From contig JBAZLT010000001.1 in assembly GCA_041650115.1 (NCBI GenBank), forward strand, positions 1 to 51,596: DNA of 51,596 bases. The letters are read 5' to 3'. Origin of the DNA: Dehalococcoidia bacterium (GTDB taxonomy: Bacteria > Chloroflexota > Dehalococcoidia > GIF9 > UBA5629). A model generated the notes under the pieces. The model did no database searches. It was not told where the DNA came from and was given only the letters and a program-made list of their open reading frames with translations. Numbering within the stretch: the stretch's first letter is position 1; the number at the start of each line of letters is the position of its first letter. The position numbers and the translations under genes were made by a program. Positions 9,505 through 19,077 of the stretch are shown in pieces.

Positions 9505-11529
9505 ATGGAGTTGGAGCTGAGGCAGGACGGAGCAACGGTTGCGCTGGTTGTGGCGGGCAATGAGCTGGGGAAGCTGTATTATCCACTGAGAAGGAGTGGG
9601 GAATGGCTGCAGCCGGAGAAGATCGTCGTTGGCCCGGACAACGTAATAAAAGTTACTTATGAGCATGCGGAGCTGTCGGACCGTCTCATGTTCAGCGAAG
9701 GGCTGATAAAAGTAGTCAGGAGTTGGAAAATAGTGCGGCCGGGAAGCTGGCAACTGGGATTCGGGTATTGCCCATCCTCTCAATTGGATCAATGGATCGT
9801 GCCGTCCGTTATGTACGACAAGAACGCTATGGGCAGCGGACGCTACCCTCGGGGTGGAATCGATGCCGGGTGGTCGTTCAGGGAGGACAGGATACCCGTG
9901 CCCTCCTGCTCCATCTTGCACGACGGCTCGCAGTGGCAGGCCGTGTTCACGCAGCCGGCCGGGGACGAATCAGTTCTATCCAGCGTCAAAACATATCTGA
10001 AGGAGGGAAAGCCCGCTTTCGAGATAAGGGTCCCGTACAGCGAAGAGCCCCGCACCTATACGGAAAAAGGTATAGTTATCGGCGGGTCGAGCAAGGGCAC
10101 CGAAAAATTACTTAAAATAGGGAAAACCCCTTTTGAATACTCGCGCACCTTCTATGTAGCCTACGGCCGCTGCTTGCACAGGAGTCAGATATTCATGTTC
10201 CTGGCGGACCTCGCGCTAAGGGAGTTCGCAAAGCCCGGCGGCGGCCCGGCTGCAGCCGACTGGTCCGAGATCGCATCGTTGAAGTTAAAGCACCTGAGTT
10301 ACCTGCTCATAGACGACGGCAAGGTCACCGCCATTAAGATGGGCAGGGGCAACGTTCCCTTCCAATCTTTTTACGAGTTCGTGGCCGGGTCGTTCCTGGT
10401 GAAGGGACTGGAGGCGACTACTATTTACGCGCGCGCCGGTAAGGAGACCGGCAACGGCAGGTACACGGAAATAGCCGAGAGGATCGGACGGTTCTTCCTG
10501 GCGGGCGCGTTGCCAAATGGTCTGCACCGCGACTGTTACTCGCTCAAGGACGGCCGCTGGGGTGGATATATAGGTGTGGGAACACCTCCCGAGCTGCAGA
10601 TGGGGGCCAACACACGCTGCAACGGCGAGGTGATGGTCAACTACCTGAGGCTCTACAAACTGCTGAAGGCGCAGGGACGCGAGAGGCCGGAGTTTCTGGA
10701 ACTGGTTGAGAAAAACGCTGCTTTCTATATCGAGCACCAGCTCAAGGGTGATGAGGAGGGCAGCTTCGGCCGCTGGTGGGACATCTCGGGCGTACCCATG
10801 AATACCCTGGGCACCAACGGCGCCTATATAATCAGCCTGCTGGTGGAGTTGGAGAAAACGACGGGAAAAAGGGACGATATCGACGGGGCCCTGGAGAAAG
10901 CGGGCAGGTATTATGCGTCGCTGGTGGATAAAGGGGCCTTTTACGCCGACACGCTCGACGCCGACTGTGTAGACAAGGAGGCGGGCGTGGCTTTGCTGAG
11001 GGCCTTCCTCGACCTCTTCGAGAGGTCTCGCGACGAGTTTTATTTAAAATATGCTCGGCTGAGCGCAGGCTTCATCTTAAGCTGGATGTACACCTACAAC
11101 GTCCCCTTCGATGCGCACAGCTCCCTGGGCAGGAGGGATTTCAAAACGCTGGGCATGACGTCGGTCTCGGTGGCCCATCACCACCTGGATTTCTACGGCC
11201 TTTCCATCGCCTTCGATTTCCTCAGGTTATGGCGGGCCACCGGTGAGGACCTCTGGGACCGGTGTGCCCGGGACATGATCGGCGCCTGCGGACAGCTCAT
11301 CTCAAACCCGCGCGACCTGCTGGGCAAGGGTAAAGATTTCCTGGGCTGGCAGCCGGAGCAGTTGAACCATACCAACTGGGACTACAAGCACAGGGTACTG
11401 GGCACCAAGGGACGTTTCCATACCTGCGTGGCCTGGACCGTGGTGCTCACGCTGGGCGCCATGCTGGACATCAGGGAGAGGTTCCCCGAGGTCCTCGATT
11501 TCAAGCTTGGGGAACGACGCCTTTCTTAG
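9505..11529 (+). CDS. Large hypothetical protein, possibly a glycoside-hydrolase/lyase-like alpha/alpha-barrel protein
   Basis: 674-aa ORF with backbone-like codon usage, next to a sugar transporter and sugar-catabolic genes. I could not identify a specific motif; the function is inferred from context only. Confidence 0.5.
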   Translation: MELELRQDGATVALVVAGNELGKLYYPLRRSGEWLQPEKIVVGPDNVIKVTYEHAELSDRLMFSEGLIKVVRSWKIVRPGSWQLGFGYCPSSQLDQWIVPSVMYDKNAMGSGRYPRGGIDAGWSFREDRIPVPSCSILHDGSQWQAVFTQPAGDESVLSSVKTYLKEGKPAFEIRVPYSEEPRTYTEKGIVIGGSSKGTEKLLKIGKTPFEYSRTFYVAYGRCLHRSQIFMFLADLALREFAKPGGGPAAADWSEIASLKLKHLSYLLIDDGKVTAIKMGRGNVPFQSFYEFVAGSFLVKGLEATTIYARAGKETGNGRYTEIAERIGRFFLAGALPNGLHRDCYSLKDGRWGGYIGVGTPPELQMGANTRCNGEVMVNYLRLYKLLKAQGRERPEFLELVEKNAAFYIEHQLKGDEEGSFGRWWDISGVPMNTLGTNGAYIISLLVELEKTTGKRDDIDGALEKAGRYYASLVDKGAFYADTLDADCVDKEAGVALLRAFLDLFERSRDEFYLKYARLSAGFILSWMYTYNVPFDAHSSLGRRDFKTLGMTSVSVAHHHLDFYGLSIAFDFLRLWRATGEDLWDRCARDMIGACGQLISNPRDLLGKGKDFLGWQPEQLNHTNWDYKHRVLGTKGRFHTCVAWTVVLTLGAMLDIRERFPEVLDFKLGERRLS

Positions 11530-12889
11530 CCTCCATCTCGGCTATGCCCGCCTGGATCTCCTTGTACCGCTTTTCTGTGATGGGATAGAAATACAGGAAG
11601 AGGGCGGCCAGCAGGAAGAGTCCCGCCGATATGGGTCCCAGGAAAAGAGTGATAGCCAGCTGCGAGCTGGCGGACTGCGGCATGACGTTGGGCACGTAGC
11701 CCATCCCCTCCAGCATTACGCCCATCAGGAAGATGGCCAGGGCCTGTCCTATCTTGAGCCCCCAGGTCCAGATGCCGAAGAATGCGCCCTCGCGGCGCTC
11801 GCCCGTGCACAGGTAATCGTATTCAATGGCGTCGGCCACGATGGCGTAGGGCATGGCGTAGAGCAGTCCGAAGCCCGTGCCGGCGAAGAACATCATGACC
11901 AGCGTAAAGACCACGCCCATGGTCTGGCCGAAGATAAAGATGATCATCAGCATGACAGCCATTATGATGAAACCCAGGCCGTAGACAAGCTTCTTGCCCA
12001 CCCTTTTGCTCATGGCCACGCTGACCGGTATGAAGATCATGCCGGTTACGATCAAGATGAGCATGGCGAAGGTAGTGGCGCCCTCATCGCCCAGTATGTA
12101 CTTGAAGTAATAGATCACGATGGCGCTGGCCACGGTGATGCCCAGAATGTGGATGATGTAGGTCGCCAGGATGAGCAGGTAGGGCTTGTTCTTGAACACC
12201 GCTTTGTAGGTATCGATGAAGCCAAGGGACTGGGCCGGATGGACTTTGGCCGGTTCCTTGACCGTAAAGACCGTGATTAAAGCGGATATCATCATCACGC
12301 CGCCGAAGATGGCGCCCATCAGCACGAAGCCCAGGTTCTTGTCCGGCGCCATGGCCACGATCGGAAGTGCCAGCCCTGCTCCAAGCAGTGTGCCGACTGC
12401 GGCAAACCCGAAGCGGTAGGCGTTGAGCGAGGTCCTCTCGTGATAGTCGTCGGTCAGCTCCGGTCCCAGTGACGAATAGGGTATGTTCACCGTGGAGTAC
12501 GTTGTACAGAGGATGATGTAGACCACCATGGCATAGATAAACAACGTGGCCTGGCTGACGCCTGCGCCGGCGATCAGCGCCGGGTTTGTAAACATCAATA
12601 CCACAGCGATAAACAGCGGGATTGCGGCGCCCAGCATGTAGGGCCGGCGCCGGCCCATTTTATTTTTAGTCCTGTCGGAGATGAAGCCGATGACAGGGTC
12701 GTAGAAGGCGTCCCAGATGCGCCCGACCATGAGGGCGATGCCGGCCAGCGCTGCAGCCAGCCCCACCGTATCGGTGAGGAAGTTCATCAGCACGAAGGCC
12801 GTGGCCGTGAAGAACAGGTTTCCTCCGAAATCGCAGCATCCGTAGCCGAGCTTGGTACTCAGTGGCAGTTTCTTATCTTCCATTTTCAA
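11501..12889 (-). CDS. Glycoside-pentoside-hexuronide (GPH):cation symporter family MFS transporter
   Basis: 462 aa with about 12 hydrophobic segments. The GPH signature region is GRIWDAFYDPVIGFISDRTKNKMGRRRPY. Confidence 0.85.
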   Translation of the reverse strand: MKMEDKKLPLSTKLGYGCCDFGGNLFFTATAFVLMNFLTDTVGLAAALAGIALMVGRIWDAFYDPVIGFISDRTKNKMGRRRPYMLGAAIPLFIAVVLMFTNPALIAGAGVSQATLFIYAMVVYIILCTTYSTVNIPYSSLGPELTDDYHERTSLNAYRFGFAAVGTLLGAGLALPIVAMAPDKNLGFVLMGAIFGGVMMISALITVFTVKEPAKVHPAQSLGFIDTYKAVFKNKPYLLILATYIIHILGITVASAIVIYYFKYILGDEGATTFAMLILIVTGMIFIPVSVAMSKRVGKKLVYGLGFIIMAVMLMIIFIFGQTMGVVFTLVMMFFAGTGFGLLYAMPYAIVADAIEYDYLCTGERREGAFFGIWTWGLKIGQALAIFLMGVMLEGMGYVPNVMPQSASSQLAITLFLGPISAGLFLLAALFLYFYPITEKRYKEIQAGIAEMEAKKGVVPQA

Positions 12890-12953
12890 CCCCTTATATT
12901 ATTTCAGCAGTCACCCCCGGAAGGCGCCGGGGCAGATCATGTATATAACCTGT

Positions 12954-14354
12954 TCAGACGCTGACGACCTGTATCCCCAGCAGTCCGCAGGCATCGCTGA
13001 TGGGCGTTGTGTAATCGCCGTGTATCTGGCTGGCGTGGTGTGTGAAGCCCTCCTCCACCAGCGTCCTGTAGAGGCCGTCCAGGTCGGGCACCTTGACCCA
13101 GCTCCAGGAGCCCCTCAGGCGTTGTGTGGATTCCATGATCTCTCCCTTCGTCACCAGCATCTTGAATTCGCCGTCGTACTCGGCCAGCCGGCAGAGCGTT
13201 ACGACGCCGGGTTTGAGCTGGAACTCGGCGGTGCCCATCGAGCGTTCCTTGCCCAGCTGTTTGCTCAGTATGCTGTGCGGGTGTATGGCGATCCTCCCGG
13301 CCCTGCAGGCCAGCGATACGGGGGCATTGCCGCAGTGCCAGGAGAGGAACAGGTTCTTTTTAGTCTGGTGCCTGATGGTCCAGTCGATGAAATGCGGCGG
13401 CGTCTTTTTGAGAGTGGCCAGGTTCTGTACCAGCATGGTCAGCGCGCCGTAGACGTCCACCTCGCAGGCGGTCATCAGTCCGCTGTCGGTGACACGCCCC
13501 AGCGCGTAGCAGGCGGACACACCGTAGGCCTCCTGTATGGCCGTCCAGCACTGCACGGCCAGCGCCGAGAGGCCCTTTTCGGCGGCGAACTGTTTAAGCG
13601 CATATTGCAGGCCGGCGATGGTCCTGGCCTTTTTGCTGCCCAGCGCCGAGAGGTCGACCTCCTTACCCATAGCGCCGATTATTTTCTGCAGTTCGGGTGC
13701 GTTGTCCTTGAGGCCTTCCAGTCGCAGCATGATATCCAGCAGGGAGGTGGGCACCACCCTCTGGTTGAAGCTCTGTATCAGCGCGTCCTCGTTGCTGATG
13801 CAGGTCTCGAAGCGCTCCGGCCGCGGACCCACCAGCCCGATCCTGGCCCCGATGAAACCCTTGATGATGGAGCAGACGGCCGTGAAATTCTCGATGTCCG
13901 CCTTGAAGGCGTCTTCCTCGGGGAAGAGAATGCCGCTGAAGAGGAAGGGGATCTTCCTGCGGTGCAGCCCGGAGGATACCGCCAGCGTGCCGCAGAACGA
14001 GTCCGACCTGCGCCCGCCGTCGGCGGTGAAATCACCTTCTTTAGTGCCGAAAAGCAAGATGGGTTTATCTCGGAAGGCCGCAGCCACGGCCAGCGCCGAT
14101 ACCTCGTCGCCAAAGGTCATGGTGCCGATGACCAGTCCGTCTATCTTCTCATCGTGGAACAGCTTAATGGCCCTATCGGCGTCGGCGTCGTCGCGCACCA
14201 GCCCGCCCCGTGTCAGCTTTGCGTCGGGGGCGACGACCTTGAGCCCTTTGATCTTTGACACGGCAGTCAGGCACCTTTTGCGCATGTTTACCGCCCAGTC
14301 ATCGTCGAACGGCTCACGGTGGGCGGGAACGAAACCTATCTTTATATCTTCCAT
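12954..14354 (-). CDS. L-fucose/L-arabinose isomerase family protein
   Basis: Motifs: IGFVPAHREPF, GTMTFGDE, RRSDSFCGT. The track ORF extends to 14450, but a sigma70-like promoter (14422-14450) lies inside that extension, so the ATG at 14354 (MEDIKIG) is preferred. Confidence 0.75.
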   Translation of the reverse strand: MEDIKIGFVPAHREPFDDDWAVNMRKRCLTAVSKIKGLKVVAPDAKLTRGGLVRDDADADRAIKLFHDEKIDGLVIGTMTFGDEVSALAVAAAFRDKPILLFGTKEGDFTADGGRRSDSFCGTLAVSSGLHRRKIPFLFSGILFPEEDAFKADIENFTAVCSIIKGFIGARIGLVGPRPERFETCISNEDALIQSFNQRVVPTSLLDIMLRLEGLKDNAPELQKIIGAMGKEVDLSALGSKKARTIAGLQYALKQFAAEKGLSALAVQCWTAIQEAYGVSACYALGRVTDSGLMTACEVDVYGALTMLVQNLATLKKTPPHFIDWTIRHQTKKNLFLSWHCGNAPVSLACRAGRIAIHPHSILSKQLGKERSMGTAEFQLKPGVVTLCRLAEYDGEFKMLVTKGEIMESTQRLRGSWSWVKVPDLDGLYRTLVEEGFTHHASQIHGDYTTPISDACGLLGIQVVSV

Positions 14355-14421
14355 CTGACGCAACTGCCTGTGCCGTGCCTTGTTCCATCCGCCTGGCGGC
14401 GGACGGTCATAATTGTGAACC

Positions 14422-14450
14422 ATACTATATAAGATACCGGTCGTTGTCAA
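14422..14450 (-). promoter_or_regulatory. Sigma70-like promoter TTGACA-17-TAGTAT driving the isomerase-like gene
   Basis: Reverse complement of 14445-14450 is TTGACA, followed by a 17-nt spacer. Reverse complement of 14422-14427 is TAGTAT. Confidence 0.55.
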
Positions 14451-14467
14451 TGCTCATATAACCCCCC

Positions 14468-14496
14468 TTGACAACGGTTATCTTAACTTCTATCAT
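14468..14496 (+). promoter_or_regulatory. Sigma70-like promoter TTGACA-17-TATCAT driving the GH1 gene
   Basis: TTGACA at 14468-14473, a 17-nt spacer, then TATCAT at 14491-14496. It lies about 38 nt upstream of the GGAGG-preceded ATG at 14534. Confidence 0.6.
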
Positions 14497-14533
14497 GGCT
14501 GGCGTTCCTGCATCGAATACCGGAGGTAAGATT

Positions 14534-15946
14534 ATGAGCGGCATGTTGATCGTGGTTATAATCATTGCTGCGCTGGCCGCAGCCTATATCATTGCGGTGC
14601 TCAGCCTGAGAGATCCCCAGCTCAATCTCAAGTTTGATTTCAACAAGCTGAGGCAGGCCCCGCTGCGCTTCGGCAAGGACTTTTTGTGGGGCAGCGCCAC
14701 GGCCTCCCACCAGATAGAGGGCGGCTGCACCAACAACAACTGGTACCAGTTCGAGTCCGCCGTGAACGAGCAGGGCCAACCGCGCATACTGGACGGCCAG
14801 AAGGCGGGCCGCTGCTGCGACGCCTGGAACAGGTATAAAGAGGACGTGCAGCTGATGAAGGACATCGGCCTCAACTCCTACCGCTTCTCGGTCGAATGGA
14901 GCAAGATCGAGCCCCGGCCGGGCGAGTTCGACGAATCCGTACTGGACCATTATGAGAAGGAAGTGGACGAGATGCTGGCCAACGGCATCGAGCCCATGGT
15001 CACGCTGCATCACTTCTCCAATCCCATCTGGTTCGAGGACAAAGGCGCCTTTTTGCAGGACGATTCGCCCGCCGTCTTCGCGCGCTTCGCAGAGCGCGTC
15101 GTCCGGAAGCTCGCGCCCAAGGTTAAATTCTGGTGCACCGTCAACGAGCCGGCCATCTACGCCGTGCTGAGTTATTTCAGCGCCGAGTTCCCGCCGGCGC
15201 GCACTGATGCCGTGCAGGCGGCCGTTGTCTACCGCAACCTGCTGCTGGCGCATACGGACTGCTATAACGTCATCAAGAAGATCAGGCCGGACGCGCAGGT
15301 GGGGCTGGTGGTGCATGTGGCGCTGTTCGATCCGCCGCACCAGTGGAACCTGGTGGACCTGCTGATCGCGCGCATGCTCAACAACAACATGAACAACGCG
15401 CACTTCAAGTATCTGGTTGAGGGTAGCTTCGATTTCACCCTGCCCGGCGTGGTCAATGAGAAGTACCGGGGCGGGCAGAAGGACACCTTCGATTTCGTGG
15501 GGCTGAACTATTACACCAACCACTACCGCGTCTTCAGACCGTTCAGCAAGGAGCAGTTCCTCGAGATCACCAAGGTTCCGAAAGAGGAGCTGACCGACAT
15601 GGGCTGGGCCGTTTACCCCGAGGGGCTTTACCGTTCACTCAAGCTGATCAAGTCGTATACATCCAAGCCCATCTACATTACCGAGAACGGCATCGCCGAC
15701 GCCGCCGACACCAAGCGGGGCAAGTACATCGAGGACCACCTGCTGGTGATCAACAAGGCCATTGCGGACGGCATCGACGTCCGGGGCTATATGTACTGGA
15801 GCCTGATGGACAACTTCGAATGGGCGCACGGCTTCAAGGCCAGGTTCGGCCTGTACCATGTGGACTTCGACACCTGCAAGCGCACGCTCTACGAAGGCAG
15901 CCGCAAATATACCGAGATAATCAAGGCCGCTTCGAAGGCTACTTAG
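14534..15946 (+). CDS. GH1 family beta-glucosidase with an N-terminal transmembrane anchor
   Basis: Motifs: FLWGSATASHQIEG, acid/base TVNEP, nucleophile YITENG. GGAGG lies 7 nt before the ATG at 14534. A hydrophobic stretch (LIVVIIIAALAAAYIIAVL) precedes the catalytic domain. Confidence 0.88.
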   Translation: MSGMLIVVIIIAALAAAYIIAVLSLRDPQLNLKFDFNKLRQAPLRFGKDFLWGSATASHQIEGGCTNNNWYQFESAVNEQGQPRILDGQKAGRCCDAWNRYKEDVQLMKDIGLNSYRFSVEWSKIEPRPGEFDESVLDHYEKEVDEMLANGIEPMVTLHHFSNPIWFEDKGAFLQDDSPAVFARFAERVVRKLAPKVKFWCTVNEPAIYAVLSYFSAEFPPARTDAVQAAVVYRNLLLAHTDCYNVIKKIRPDAQVGLVVHVALFDPPHQWNLVDLLIARMLNNNMNNAHFKYLVEGSFDFTLPGVVNEKYRGGQKDTFDFVGLNYYTNHYRVFRPFSKEQFLEITKVPKEELTDMGWAVYPEGLYRSLKLIKSYTSKPIYITENGIADAADTKRGKYIEDHLLVINKAIADGIDVRGYMYWSLMDNFEWAHGFKARFGLYHVDFDTCKRTLYEGSRKYTEIIKAASKAT

Positions 15947-17510
15947 ACTGCTTGTAGATGACCGGGTAGCCGGTGATCTCGGCGATCCTGCGGTACTGCG
16001 GCTCCAGCGATTTATGGGTCTTGAGGTAGACGTCCTCGTACAGCGCCTGGTAGATTTTGTGGCTGGCCGGGTTGGGCTCGAACGTCCTTCCCTTCTTTAC
16101 CATGGAGTCCACCGCCTCCTTGAACGAGCCGAACATGCCGGTGCCCACGGCCGCGTCGATGGCGGCGCCCAGCGCGCAGATCTCCGAGGTGCCCATGCGC
16201 GAGACGGGCAGGTTGAAGAGGTCGGCGGCTATCTGCACGGCCACGTCACTCTTGGAGCCGCCCCCGCCCACGCGGATCTCTTTGACGGGGATGCCTGTCT
16301 TCCTGATCATTTCGTCGTACATGCGCTTCAGTTCGTAGCCGATGCCCTCCAGAATGGCGCGGTAGATGTGGGCGCGCGTGTGCACCTCTCCGAAGCCGAT
16401 GATGGAGCCCTTGGCGTATTTGTCATAGATCATGGGCGTCCAGTAGGGCTGCAGCATCAGTCCCAGCGATCCGGGCGGTATCTTGCTGATCACCTCGTCC
16501 AGCAATACCTCCGGCTCGACGCCGCGCTTCTCGGCCTCCAGCGCCTCCCGGTGGCCGAACTCCTGCTTGAACCAGGTCACCATCCAGAAACCCCGGAAGA
16601 TGAACATCTCCAGGTCCCAGGCGTTGGGCAGTGCCGAGGGCCAGGTATAGAACTTCATATGCTTCTCGGAGATATACTTGTAGCTGATCACCTCCATGCA
16701 GGTGGCTGTGCCGTAGCTGATCACGCCGATGGAGGGGTCGATGGCGCCCGCGCCCAGCAGCTCTGATTGCTTGTCGCCCGCGCCCACCACCACAGGCAGC
16801 CCCTCGGGCAGTCCCGTCTCCTCGGCGGCCTTCTTCGTCACGTGGCCCAGCACGGTATCGGGCGGGAAAAGGTCCACACAGTGCTCGCGCTTGACCGCCA
16901 GCGTCTCGTAGGCCAGCTCCAGCGAGTGCCATTTGAGCGCCTTGTAGTCCATGGGCCAGGCGCCCACCATCATGCCCAGCGAGTCCTTGAACTCGCCGGT
17001 GATCTTTTTAACCAGCCAGCCGGAGATCTGCAGGAACTTGTAGGTGTTCTTGTATATCTCGGGCTCGTGTTGCTGTATCCAGAGGAACTTGGACTCGCGG
17101 TGGGCCTTTTCCATGGCCTCTCCCAGCCCCAGCAGCTGGAATGCTATGCGCGCCTTGGCGCTGATGGGCGGTGCGTTTTCGGTGACGCGCTGGTCCAGCC
17201 AGATGATGGCAGGGCGCAGCGGGTTGCCCTCGCGGTCCACGGGGAAGGAGGCCGACCGCTGGGTGGTGATGCCCACTCCCGTGATCTCGTCGGCCGGTAT
17301 TTTGGCTTTGGCCATGACACCTTTAGTGCAGTAACAGAGCTTGGTCCAGTAGTCCTGCGAGTTCTGCTCGGCCCAGCCGGGCTGCAGGGAGAAATAGGGC
17401 TCGTGCTCGGCCTGCTCGATGGCAATCTGGTTGCCCTGGCGGTCGAAGATGACGGCGCGCACGCTCTGCGTGCCGGAGTCGATCGCGATCACATATTTTT
17501 TCTCAGCCAT
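15939..17510 (-). CDS. FGGY-family carbohydrate kinase (xylulokinase/glycerol-kinase-like)
   Basis: 523 aa. N-terminal YVIAIDSGTQSVRAVIFD, internal GAGDKQSE, and C-terminal GGGSKS motifs typical of FGGY kinases. Confidence 0.85.
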   Translation of the reverse strand: MAEKKYVIAIDSGTQSVRAVIFDRQGNQIAIEQAEHEPYFSLQPGWAEQNSQDYWTKLCYCTKGVMAKAKIPADEITGVGITTQRSASFPVDREGNPLRPAIIWLDQRVTENAPPISAKARIAFQLLGLGEAMEKAHRESKFLWIQQHEPEIYKNTYKFLQISGWLVKKITGEFKDSLGMMVGAWPMDYKALKWHSLELAYETLAVKREHCVDLFPPDTVLGHVTKKAAEETGLPEGLPVVVGAGDKQSELLGAGAIDPSIGVISYGTATCMEVISYKYISEKHMKFYTWPSALPNAWDLEMFIFRGFWMVTWFKQEFGHREALEAEKRGVEPEVLLDEVISKIPPGSLGLMLQPYWTPMIYDKYAKGSIIGFGEVHTRAHIYRAILEGIGYELKRMYDEMIRKTGIPVKEIRVGGGGSKSDVAVQIAADLFNLPVSRMGTSEICALGAAIDAAVGTGMFGSFKEAVDSMVKKGRTFEPNPASHKIYQALYEDVYLKTHKSLEPQYRRIAEITGYPVIYKQSK

Positions 17511-17533
17511 GTCAACCTCCTACATTTTTATCG

Positions 17534-17692
17534 GTCATTGCGGCCTTTTTATTTTGTCATTGCGCCCTTTTATTTCCACGTCATTGCGAGCCCGTAGGGC
17601 GCGGCAATCCTGTGTACCCGCAATCACGTACAAGATTGCTTCGTCGCTATGCTCCTCGCAATGACGAATGGTAAACGGCTCCTCGCAATGAC
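17534..17692. repeat. Intergenic repeat locus B of the GTCATTGCGAG family
   Basis: Degenerate half-sites at 17534 and 17556, a type-2 unit at 17580-17614 (+), a type-1 unit at 17623-17665 (-), and a half-site at 17677-17692 (-). Confidence 0.85.
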
Positions 17693-17700
17693 CAAACATT

Positions 17701-19077
17701 TCATTCCAATTCAGGCTCCCAGGTCGGGTCGTATTTATGATAATAATCGAAGAACTCCTCTCTGTGCTTGCCCGCCTTCTTGACCAGCTCCTGCGGGTCG
17801 AGGTAGCCCATCTCGATCATGATATCCTCCAGCTTGAGCAGGCTCTGCTCGTAGGGAGGGCAGCCTCCCAGGAAGCGGTCGACGCCCGCCAGCTGCATGG
17901 CGTTGCGCAGCTCCAGCAGGTCCCCGCCCGTGGCCAGCGCGCATTCGCCCAGGAAGAAGGTGTGCTTCATATCGGTCCTCAGCTTCGGCGGGATTTTCGG
18001 GTCGACGCCCACTATGAGCGAGGTCCGCTGCGGCGCTTTAGCCAGCGTGCCGGCCGCCAGGGCGGCCATCAGCCAGCAGGCCCAGCAGGCGCCGCCGATG
18101 TAGATATCGATGTTGGGATAGACGCCCGTCAGCAGGCTGTCGATGGGCATGGTATAGGTGGCCGGAAGCTGGAACTTCTTCTTGACCGAGGCTATGGACT
18201 CGCCGGCGACCTCGATCATAAAAGGATTGCCCGTGCCCAGGCCGTCGTGCGCGGCCAGCCTGGTTGTGCTCACCGCCAGCGGGTTATCGATGCCCATGCA
18301 CATGGAGGCGATGGAGTCCAGCGCCACCGTGTCGTAGCCGGCCATGATCACGCCCATCTCCACGGGCGTGCCGCCTTCGCCCGCGCCCATGCCTTCCATG
18401 GCCAGCAGCCCGTCCAGCAGCACCAGGTCCGGCTTCCTTATCTTGCTGATATCCACCATATGCTGGTGCATGTCGTCGCGGTGGGAGTAGTACCTGCCGC
18501 GCTCGTCCAGCAGGCCCTGCAGGTTCTTGAGGGAGAGCGTCACCATGGTCATGGTGTGCGTCTTCATGGCGGGGAGGTTGATGAAGCAGTCGGCGTCCAG
18601 AACCACTTTGGGGTAGTTGACGTGGTGAAGGGCAATGCCGCCCTTGATATCGACTTCGACTTTTTCGGCGTCCTCGACTCCAATGACTTCTCCGCCCGCC
18701 TCCTCCACCTCGCGCTTGACGCCCAGAATGCGCATGATCTCCATGGTATTGAATCCCCTGCTGAGGCCGCAGGGCGTGGCCGCGGGCCTGACTCGTTTCA
18801 TCAGCGTGCCCACGCTGACGCCCTCGATCACGGTCACGCGTTTTGCCCCGGCCTCGCGCGCCAGCCTGACCATGCTGGAGATGACGCGGCGGTCCACCGA
18901 GATGGGCGGCGGGTAGGGCGCGAAGAGGTTGGGCTTGATCACGACGTGGCTGCCCTTCTTGATCTTCGACTTGAGGCCGCCCGCTAATTCAATAGCCGTG
19001 CGCACCATGTTGTCTATCTCCTGCCTGTCCGGCGGGAACTTACCTTTGACGATCGCTACGACCGGTTTATCGCTCAC
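17701..19077 (-). CDS. DUF362 domain-containing protein
   Basis: 458 aa with a GTG start. The N-terminal VAIVKG...VVIKPNL pattern is typical of DUF362. GTGA overlap with the upstream HAD gene. Confidence 0.65.
   Translation of the reverse strand: MSDKPVVAIVKGKFPPDRQEIDNMVRTAIELAGGLKSKIKKGSHVVIKPNLFAPYPPPISVDRRVISSMVRLAREAGAKRVTVIEGVSVGTLMKRVRPAATPCGLSRGFNTMEIMRILGVKREVEEAGGEVIGVEDAEKVEVDIKGGIALHHVNYPKVVLDADCFINLPAMKTHTMTMVTLSLKNLQGLLDERGRYYSHRDDMHQHMVDISKIRKPDLVLLDGLLAMEGMGAGEGGTPVEMGVIMAGYDTVALDSIASMCMGIDNPLAVSTTRLAAHDGLGTGNPFMIEVAGESIASVKKKFQLPATYTMPIDSLLTGVYPNIDIYIGGACWACWLMAALAAGTLAKAPQRTSLIVGVDPKIPPKLRTDMKHTFFLGECALATGGDLLELRNAMQLAGVDRFLGGCPPYEQSLLKLEDIMIEMGYLDPQELVKKAGKHREEFFDYYHKYDPTWEPELE

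Noticed and set aside
8980-9921. 313-aa minus-strand ORF, together with the ORFs 9209..9430 and 9219..9452
   Set aside because: These ORFs read through the repeat locus, giving repetitive SLRGRRPWQS/CEAGGRGNPV peptides. They are also antisense to the well-supported 9505..11529 gene, so they are artefacts.
12915-12932. CCCCGG-N6-CCGGGG hairpin as a terminator after the isomerase-like gene
   Set aside because: The stem is only 6 bp and no T-tract follows it on the minus strand. The evidence is insufficient.
14355-14450. Upstream starts (14450 and 14423) for the isomerase-like gene
   Set aside because: A TTGACA-17-TAGTAT promoter lies within this stretch, and its -10 box overlaps the 14423 ATG. 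The conserved protein begins at MEDIKIGFVP. This remains unconfirmed without transcript data.
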